Shown: piece by piece, positions 26,200 through 31,523 of the stretch | Layout: every line of letters begins with the position of its first letter | Position numbering within the stretch: the first letter of the stretch is position 1 | Source of the DNA: a virus | Taxonomy: Duplodnaviria; Heunggongvirae; Uroviricota; Caudoviricetes | DNA: 58,056 nucleotides | Direction: 5' to 3' (one strand) | IMG/VR virus record: IMGVR_UViG_3300026097_000001 | Position numbers and translations under genes: made by a program | Notes under the pieces: model-generated | What the model saw: the letters and a program-made list of their open reading frames with translations, nothing else | What the model was told of the DNA's origin: nothing | Databases searched by the model: none

Positions 26200-26277
26200 T
26201 GGTGGAGTGGATGAGGACGTGTAGTCTCCTCATTCTCTGGCATTCCCAGGCCTCCCTTAGACACACAAGGCCACCCC
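26200..26277 (-). ncRNA. tRNA-like RNA with alanine identity acceptor stem
   Basis: GGGGTGG/CCACTCC-A-CCA (G3-U70, A73) but non-canonical D, anticodon and T arms. Confidence 0.6.
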
Positions 26278-26285
26278 GTAACTTT

Positions 26286-26360
26286 TGGTACTAGCGGATA
26301 GACTCGAACTATCTCCTACATGGTCCACAACCATGTGTGCTGCCATTACACCACACTAGC
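26286..26360 (-). tRNA. tRNA-His(GUG), no G-1, A73
   Basis: TT-GTG-GA loop; base at -1 is T; A73; CCA. Confidence 0.92.
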
Positions 26361-26365
26361 ATTAT

Positions 26366-26441
26366 TGGCACTCCCTCGAGGATTCGAACCCCGGACCTAC
26401 TGGTTCGTAGCCAGTTGCTCTGTCCACTGAGCTAAGGAAGT
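26366..26441 (-). tRNA. tRNA-Arg(ACG)
   Basis: CT-ACG-AA loop, CCA. Confidence 0.94.
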
Positions 26442-26442
26442 A

Positions 26443-26598
26443 TTAAGCTTCACAGTCGTATAGAATACCTTCATCTTCGTCTTCAACATCAAGATTGATA
26501 TCAATACCCATGGAGTCGAAGAAGCGGGTAAGTGTCTCGTCAGAGATTTCCATTACCATTTTTACATATGGGTCAAGTGGGTCAAAAGAAAGTGTCAT
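26443..26598 (-). CDS. Small acidic hypothetical protein (51 aa)
   Basis: Not in track; MTLSFDPLDPYVKMVMEISDETLTRFFDSMGIDINL... Confidence 0.5.
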   Translation of the reverse strand: MTLSFDPLDPYVKMVMEISDETLTRFFDSMGIDINLDVEDEDEGILYDCEA

Positions 26599-26601
26599 AA
26601 T

Positions 26602-26766
26602 TTAATCCTCAATTACTACATAGTCATTTTCGAGACGGATACCAGAAGCACGTAGGGGTTCTTGGTATTCCTCGTTCATAGATATTTGAACAAGAGCATC
26701 TTGGTCAGGCAAAGCTTTTAAAATATCAATCAATTCTGATACTGTAATTGTTGGTTCCTTTTTCAT
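26602..26766 (-). CDS. Small hypothetical protein (54 aa)
   Basis: Not in track; AGGAG RBS; MKKEPTITVSELIDILKALPDQDALV... Confidence 0.65.
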   Translation of the reverse strand: MKKEPTITVSELIDILKALPDQDALVQISMNEEYQEPLRASGIRLENDYVVIED

Positions 26767-26836
26767 TTGTATCTCCTTTTGATATATCTGTTATACCATA
26801 AGCGAATAAAGATGTCAACCATTAAATGAACTTTTT

Positions 26837-26911
26837 TGGTGCATATGGATGGAATCGAACCACCGACACTCTGGGCTTCAACCAGATGCTCTACCCCTGA
26901 GCTACATATGC
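26837..26911 (-). tRNA. tRNA-Phe(GAA)
   Basis: TT-GAA-GC loop, CCA. Confidence 0.93.
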
Positions 26912-26919
26912 CAAATTTC

Positions 26920-27053
26920 TAACTGAGAGCAAAACTGTTATGGGATTCGAACCCATATCTCGCAGCCCGTAGTGCCGCGCATCCTAGCCATTAGATGCAA
27001 CAGTCTACCGCAACCCACATTCGGCAAAACGTGAAGGGGTAGTCTCTCAGTTA
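26920..27053 (-). ncRNA. tRNA-like cloverleaf nested in a larger closed structure
   Basis: D, anticodon-like and TTCGAAT T arms without CCA, enclosed by a 10-bp outer helix TAACTGAGAG/CTCTCAGTTA. Confidence 0.55.
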
Positions 27054-27315
27054 AGGCGATTGCCGTCGCCTATTCTATTACTTAGAAGATACACTGCAAG
27101 CCTTTTACCCGTTATTAGCTTGATTAGGGTGTTGCTATCGGGACTAGACCAACACCAAACTAAGACAGTGTATCATCAAAATAATTTCTGGGCTATCTCA
27201 CGATTGGGACTTTTACCCCTGCACGAATATCCTCGCCAGTATGATACGCCGAGTAGCCCTGTGACGTATGCAGTGTTCTCTCTATACAGAATGTCGACCC
27301 CCTGTATAGTGAATT
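27054..27315 (-). ncRNA. ~260-nt multi-helix RNA of unknown family
   Basis: Several 6-9-bp helices; GGGTAAAAG twice. Confidence 0.5.
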
Positions 27316-27434
27316 TGGAGCCGGGCGGGGATTCGAACCTACAGAATGTATCCTGCGTCATGAGCAGCAATCCATATTTTCTCCATTCGTCTCAAAGTCA
27401 TGACTCTTTTCGACCGCACCATGCGAGACCCAGC
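27316..27434 (-). ncRNA. tRNA-like element with ~34-nt anticodon loop
   Basis: Acceptor GCTGGG/CCCGGC-T-CCA, TTCGAAT, 7-bp GTCATGA/TCATGAC stem. Confidence 0.5.
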
Positions 27435-27446
27435 GTATTCTATTTT

Positions 27447-27523
27447 TGGTGAACCCTCTGAGATTCGAACTCAGGACCTGCCGATTAAAAGTCGGCTGCT
27501 CTAACCAGCTGAGCTAAGGATTC
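27447..27523 (-). tRNA. tRNA-Lys(UUU)
   Basis: CT-TTT-AA loop, CCA. Confidence 0.96.
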
Positions 27524-27529
27524 ATTTGT

Positions 27530-27603
27530 TGGCGAAGGCACAAGGAATTGAACCCTGATCTACGGAGTTGGAAGCCGTCGTGTTACCATTACACCATACC
27601 AAC
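27530..27603 (-). tRNA. tRNA-Trp(CCA), mismatched acceptor and 31-39 pair
   Basis: TT-CCA-AC loop, G73; two T/T mismatches in acceptor. Confidence 0.78.
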
Positions 27604-27607
27604 ATAT

Positions 27608-27683
27608 TGGCTGGAAGAGCAGGACTCGAACCTGCAACCACCTGAATCAAAATCAGGGGCTCTGCCAATTGAGCTACCTTCCA
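27608..27683 (-). tRNA. tRNA-Gln(UUG)
   Basis: TT-TTG-AT loop, U1-A72, G73, CCA. Confidence 0.93.
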
Positions 27684-27723
27684 ATATAATGTCTTACGGG
27701 TTTGTCCCTGCATTATTTAAATT

Positions 27724-27809
27724 TGGTGGGTGTCCTAGGAATCGAACCTAGCATGAGGAAACCCTCGATGGAGTTACAGTCCACTGCCTCACCTTGAGGC
27801 GACACACCC
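27724..27809 (-). tRNA. tRNA-Tyr(GUA)
   Basis: CT-GTA-AC loop, long variable arm, CCA. Confidence 0.95.
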
Positions 27810-27812
27810 ATT

Positions 27813-27935
27813 ATTTCTATTTTCAACTACACACATTAAGATTGTTTCCCTTCAGGACATTCTACTTTGGCCACCTGCTGACTAGGCAGAACCTTTCGAA
27901 TAGAGCATGCCCTTGTGTGCATGTGAAAATAGAAT
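27813..27935 (-). ncRNA. Rod-shaped ncRNA, copy 2
   Basis: Paralog of 24156-24281. Confidence 0.7.
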
Positions 27936-28047
27936 AATATCATCTGGGATTTTTCAGCTTACGCTTCCATCCTCCAGGACGCCCATTCGGTATTTGTTTA
28001 GAGTGGGGTTACCGCAGTCTCGTTCCGCATTTCCACTTTATACGATC

Positions 28048-28076
28048 AATATAACTGATTCTAATCAGAATGTCAA
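28048..28076 (-). promoter_or_regulatory. Sigma70-type promoter with AGAATCAG spacer box
   Basis: TTGACA-TTCTGATTAGAATCAGT-TATATT. Confidence 0.8.
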
Positions 28077-28087
28077 CCGTTATTTTT

Positions 28088-28159
28088 TGGTAGAGTAGAA
28101 TTGAATCGAACAATTTCATCAGGCTTATGAGACCCAAGTCCGGACCAACCGGCTACTCT
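28088..28159 (-). tRNA. tRNA-Met(CAU)-like, atypical
   Basis: CT-CAT-AA loop, TTCGATT T-loop, CCA; compact D arm and G-U-rich anticodon stem. Confidence 0.65.
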
Positions 28160-28166
28160 ATATAAT

Positions 28167-28199
28167 AAAAAACCCTCCGAGATTTTCATCTGGAGGGTT
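28167..28199 (-). terminator. Intrinsic terminator (putative attenuator) at head of tRNA array
   Basis: AACCCTCC...GGAGGGTT stem followed by U-tract. Confidence 0.8.
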
Positions 28200-28229
28200 A
28201 CCTAATCAAAAACTCTTTAAATAAATTTT

Positions 28230-28340
28230 TTACAAGGTACCCTCGCTGGCGCTAATTGTCCACTCTCCATTGCCCATCGGGAATCGATCGCATGAGACTG
28301 CGTTCTTTTCTTGGGATTGATATATGAAATGAGTAGACAT
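28230..28340 (-). CDS. Putative leader peptide containing all 20 amino acids
   Basis: Not in track; AAGGAA RBS; MSTHFIYQSQEKNAVSCDRFPMGNGEWTISASEGTL*; lies between late promoter and terminator. Confidence 0.7.
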   Translation of the reverse strand: MSTHFIYQSQEKNAVSCDRFPMGNGEWTISASEGTL

Positions 28341-28371
28341 AGTTCTTAGTGTATTCCTTGTTTGTTACTTT

Positions 28372-28379
28372 TATTTATA
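28372..28379 (-). promoter_or_regulatory. T4-type late promoter for the leader peptide/tRNA array
   Basis: Exact TATAAATA. Confidence 0.75.
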
Positions 28380-28428
28380 CATGTAAAATGATAAGACATC
28401 AGAATAAATGTATTTTTTTAAATTAATT

Positions 28429-28505
28429 TGGTACGGGCGGCGGGACTTGAACCCGCAAAACCTTGATTTTAAGTCAAGTATGTATACCTATTCCATCACG
28501 CCCGC
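28429..28505 (-). tRNA. tRNA-Leu(UAA), short variable loop
   Basis: CT-TAA-AA loop, CCA. Confidence 0.9.
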
Positions 28506-28509
28506 ATCA

Positions 28510-28680
28510 TTAGTAGAGGCCAGGTAGTTTCTTAACCTTTACGATATCATATTCTTTGTTTTCAACGAGTTGCTTTGAATAGTCATTAGCCTGTTTCTGA
28601 TTGAAACCGGTTGCATATTCCTGTAGCTCGTTTACGCCATCTTTTACTTTGAAGGCTTTGACTGAATATAGATTTTTCAT
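28510..28680 (-). CDS. Small hypothetical early protein (56 aa)
   Basis: Not in track; AGGAG RBS, promoter 28703-28731. Confidence 0.65.
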   Translation of the reverse strand: MKNLYSVKAFKVKDGVNELQEYATGFNQKQANDYSKQLVENKEYDIVKVKKLPGLY

Positions 28681-28702
28681 TTTGTATCTCCTTATTTATT
28701 AC

Positions 28703-28731
28703 AATCTATCTGATTCTAAAGAGAATGTCAA
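28703..28731 (-). promoter_or_regulatory. Sigma70-type promoter with AGAATCAG spacer box
   Basis: TTGACA-TTCTCTTTAGAATCAGA-TAGATT. Confidence 0.75.
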
Positions 28732-28955
28732 TAGTTATTTTGGCTCTCGATGTAATCTTTAATTGCTTCGATACGTTTTTCTACATTAAAATCCGAGTCA
28801 CTCGTTTCTAGGTACATAAGAACTAATACAATCGATACAATGAACGGCGCGAGTGCCTTTCCTATCTTTATGAACGACGCGACTACTCCAAGTACGATAC
28901 CAAGTGAGGCACCGATAAGAGCAAGGATTAAGATTATACCTAAGAAATTTTCCAA
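28728..28955 (-). CDS. Small membrane protein
   Basis: Two hydrophobic helices, GGAG RBS. Confidence 0.7.
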   Translation of the reverse strand: MENFLGIILILALIGASLGIVLGVVASFIKIGKALAPFIVSIVLVLMYLETSDSDFNVEKRIEAIKDYIESQNNY

Positions 28956-28959
28956 TGAA

Positions 28960-29163
28960 TTACTCCTTGTTTGCGAGGTAGTACTTAACTACTGCCATGT
29001 CAACCTTCGTAAGAGGAGTACCAGCCCAAGCAGCGCCGTAACCTGCGACTTTCTCGGAAACGCGAGCCAGATTGTTTGCAATCAGATCATCCTTATGAGT
29101 GCGAGCCATTTGTGACATGCCATAAGCAATCTTTGCGAGATCTGTTCCATTGATAGTTGTCAT
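28960..29163 (-). CDS. Hypothetical early protein
   Basis: Start set at ATG 29163 after AAGGA RBS and promoter 29192-29220. Confidence 0.7.
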   Translation of the reverse strand: MTTINGTDLAKIAYGMSQMARTHKDDLIANNLARVSEKVAGYGAAWAGTPLTKVDMAVVKYYLANKE

Positions 29164-29191
29164 GATGTAGTCCTTTTCATTTGATATATAC

Positions 29192-29220
29192 AATCTAACC
29201 GATTCTACAGCGAATGTCAA
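29192..29220 (-). promoter_or_regulatory. Sigma70-type promoter with AGAATCGG spacer box
   Basis: TTGACA-TTCGCTGTAGAATCGGT-TAGATT. Confidence 0.75.
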
Positions 29221-29227
29221 TGGTTAA

Positions 29228-29602
29228 TTATAGATTTTTTGAAAATTTTTCTACGAGTGGAACCGCGTTTGAGAATGCTTCCTTTTCCCACCACCGTTGC
29301 TCATAGGGCAAGTCTTTGTTTTCATCTAGAAGTCTTCCAAGATCCTGTGTCATGTATTGTTTTACATGGATCATTTCATGAGCGACTGTAGTGAACACTT
29401 CGCCAATGTTACGGTTAGTATAATTTACAAGTATCACGTATTTACCATCGTTATCGTCTATACACATACCACTGCTCGATTCAATATCGTAATCTGTTAT
29501 GAGAATATGTCGAGGTAAGATGCAGAGTTCCTTGGTAAGAAACTCCACAAACTTTTTAACAAGAAAACTATACTCTTTATCCAACTTAACTGTAATTCGC
29601 AT
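29228..29602 (-). CDS. HExxH zincin-like metallopeptidase domain protein
   Basis: AHEMIHVKQY...PYEQRWWEKEA. Confidence 0.75.
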   Translation of the reverse strand: MRITVKLDKEYSFLVKKFVEFLTKELCILPRHILITDYDIESSSGMCIDDNDGKYVILVNYTNRNIGEVFTTVAHEMIHVKQYMTQDLGRLLDENKDLPYEQRWWEKEAFSNAVPLVEKFSKNL

Positions 29603-29603
29603 A

Positions 29604-29699
29604 TTACTTATTTGCTCTACGTTGCCTACGTGCTTTACGTTTTCCAGATCCGAGTTTTCTACGACCCTTACGAGGTCTATTCTTATGGGGCCATGCCAT
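29604..29699 (-). CDS. Arg/Lys-rich peptide (31 aa)
   Basis: Not in track; MAWPHKNRPRKGRRKLGSGKRKARRQRRANK fills the gap between two ORFs. Confidence 0.6.
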   Translation of the reverse strand: MAWPHKNRPRKGRRKLGSGKRKARRQRRANK

Positions 29700-30114
29700 A
29701 GTTGTATCCTTTCATAGTATTAAAAATATCAGACATTACTTTTTCAAGTTCATAAGCTTCCTGCTCCCAAGGAGCTTCGAAGTACGATACGTTGTATTCT
29801 TTACCCTTCCACTTAGAAGGTTGTTTTCCTGTTCCTGATTCCAGCTCTCCTTTTAAATATTGTTTAACATGAACCATCTCATGAAAGAAGGTAGTGATGA
29901 TATCGTGCCCGTCGTGTTTTGGATTAATATATACCGACAGCTCCTCGTCCTCTGGATCATAGTCACAGTATCCGCAACAGTTGTCACCAAATTCACCATC
30001 AAAATATACTTCTAATGTCCCATCTATCTCTAGGAAATCCGCCGCGAAGCGAACCGCCTTATCCATAAGCTTATTTGAAATACTCTGCGGCTTATCATAA
30101 CTTACATAGAACAT
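29683..30114 (-). CDS. HExxH zincin-like metallopeptidase domain protein
   Basis: FHEMVHVKQY...PWEQEAY. Confidence 0.75.
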   Translation of the reverse strand: MFYVSYDKPQSISNKLMDKAVRFAADFLEIDGTLEVYFDGEFGDNCCGYCDYDPEDEELSVYINPKHDGHDIITTFFHEMVHVKQYLKGELESGTGKQPSKWKGKEYNVSYFEAPWEQEAYELEKVMSDIFNTMKGYNYGMAP

Positions 30115-31466
30115 TACGATACCTCGGCAAGATCATCTTTGAATTGTACCTCAGGAGTTGTTTCTTTCCAATACTTTAGATCCTGTTGGGCTTCTTTGAT
30201 TTCCTTTTTGAGTTCTGTAACCATCTCTTGAGTAAGGCTCATGATGTTGACTCGAAGAAGGCGGTCGATATCTTTATTACCATCGGCATCCGTATGAGAA
30301 AGGATCTGTTCTCCGACCTGGTCTTTCTTTTTGTTTTTAAATTCAATCTTACTGTCGATGACTGCTTGAATGAATTGCATTTTTACCTTCAGCCAACGAG
30401 CGAGTTCTGATGCTTCTTCTTTGCGTAGCTCAATGCGGCTCTTCATAATACCAAGGCGGTAATTACAGAAGTCTTTGATTAACTCACGCTCATCTTTGTA
30501 TTCACGTAGTTTGCCGTCGTAGTCAATGACCGTTAGGTTCTCGGTAAGTGGTTTGCTCAGCTTAAACTTTTGAATGATCTTCGAGTCCGACCAAGAAGCC
30601 GAAGATGTCTGCTTTAGCTTAACTTCGAATTTAAATCCAGTCTTGTCGCATAGATCTTCGTATGAAACGATGTCGCCGTCATCCTCGAGCTTATCTAGGA
30701 TCTTGACGTAACCCTCTCGGTCAAATCCATACGGTACTTCTGTAATAGACAGTACTGTTTTGCTCTTCTTTTCAAAACAACCAAAGACCGTATGTTTATC
30801 CTCGGTTTCATCATACTCAACCGTACCACTAAAGTCCGGAAATGACACTGGAAGTCTTTTGGCTATAGTACCATTCGTAAGGAATTCATCGCAGGCACGA
30901 GAAAGATCACTAATGTTACGCGGAAGTATATTCGTAGCAAAACCAGTTGCGATACCCTTTGTACCGTTTGCGAGTACCAATGGAATAACTGGTAGATAGA
31001 ACGCAGGCGGTTCGTGTTCAGGGTCTGCATGAACTTTAGATAGCTCGAGATCCTTAATGTACTTGTTAAAGTTCTCATGAACTCGAGTGTATACGTAACG
31101 TGGAGCACCAGCTTCTTGGATGAGTCGAGTACCAAAGGAACCTCGACCTTCGATTAGACATACGTTATTGTTCCACGTAGCAGCCATAAGTTGGCCTGCG
31201 CCCGCGGCAGAAGCTTCTCCATGGTTGTAGCCATAGTCCGAGATGATACCAGCAACCGCCGATACCTTTTTGAAGTCCCGCTTTGAATTAAGTAGAGATG
31301 AATAGAGATAAAACCGTTGAACTGGTTTTAAACCATCTATCATATTTGGGATTGCACGAGACTCTACGGTATACATCGCAAAGCTTAGCCATTCGTTCTT
31401 GGCAACATTTGAAATTGGGTACTCGTTGGTACCATCCTCGGTCTTTGCAAATTCAAGTATACTCAT
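30114..31466 (-). CDS. 52: DNA topoisomerase II medium subunit gp52
   Basis: RAIPNMIDGLKPVQR, YNHGE, APRYVY catalytic Tyr. Confidence 0.96.
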   Translation of the reverse strand: MSILEFAKTEDGTNEYPISNVAKNEWLSFAMYTVESRAIPNMIDGLKPVQRFYLYSSLLNSKRDFKKVSAVAGIISDYGYNHGEASAAGAGQLMAATWNNNVCLIEGRGSFGTRLIQEAGAPRYVYTRVHENFNKYIKDLELSKVHADPEHEPPAFYLPVIPLVLANGTKGIATGFATNILPRNISDLSRACDEFLTNGTIAKRLPVSFPDFSGTVEYDETEDKHTVFGCFEKKSKTVLSITEVPYGFDREGYVKILDKLEDDGDIVSYEDLCDKTGFKFEVKLKQTSSASWSDSKIIQKFKLSKPLTENLTVIDYDGKLREYKDERELIKDFCNYRLGIMKSRIELRKEEASELARWLKVKMQFIQAVIDSKIEFKNKKKDQVGEQILSHTDADGNKDIDRLLRVNIMSLTQEMVTELKKEIKEAQQDLKYWKETTPEVQFKDDLAEVS

Positions 31467-31523
31467 AGTATATTCCTTCTGATTCTATTAATTCTAACAC
31501 ACTTTAGCATAAATGTAAATAGT

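Noticed and set aside
26920-27053. YrlA-type Y RNA
   Set aside because: Arms are in normal D-anticodon-T order, not the permuted YrlA order; no Ro60 gene in the window. Kept only as an unknown tRNA-like RNA.
21210-28098. Track ORFs overlapping tRNAs and ncRNAs (e.g. 21210..21413, 21490..21837, 22910..23098, 23254..23505, 24257..24664, 25762..25947, 27060..27452, 27176..27370, 27522..27713)
   Set aside because: They are by-products of reading through tRNA or structured RNA sequence, mostly antisense, without RBS or protein-like motifs.
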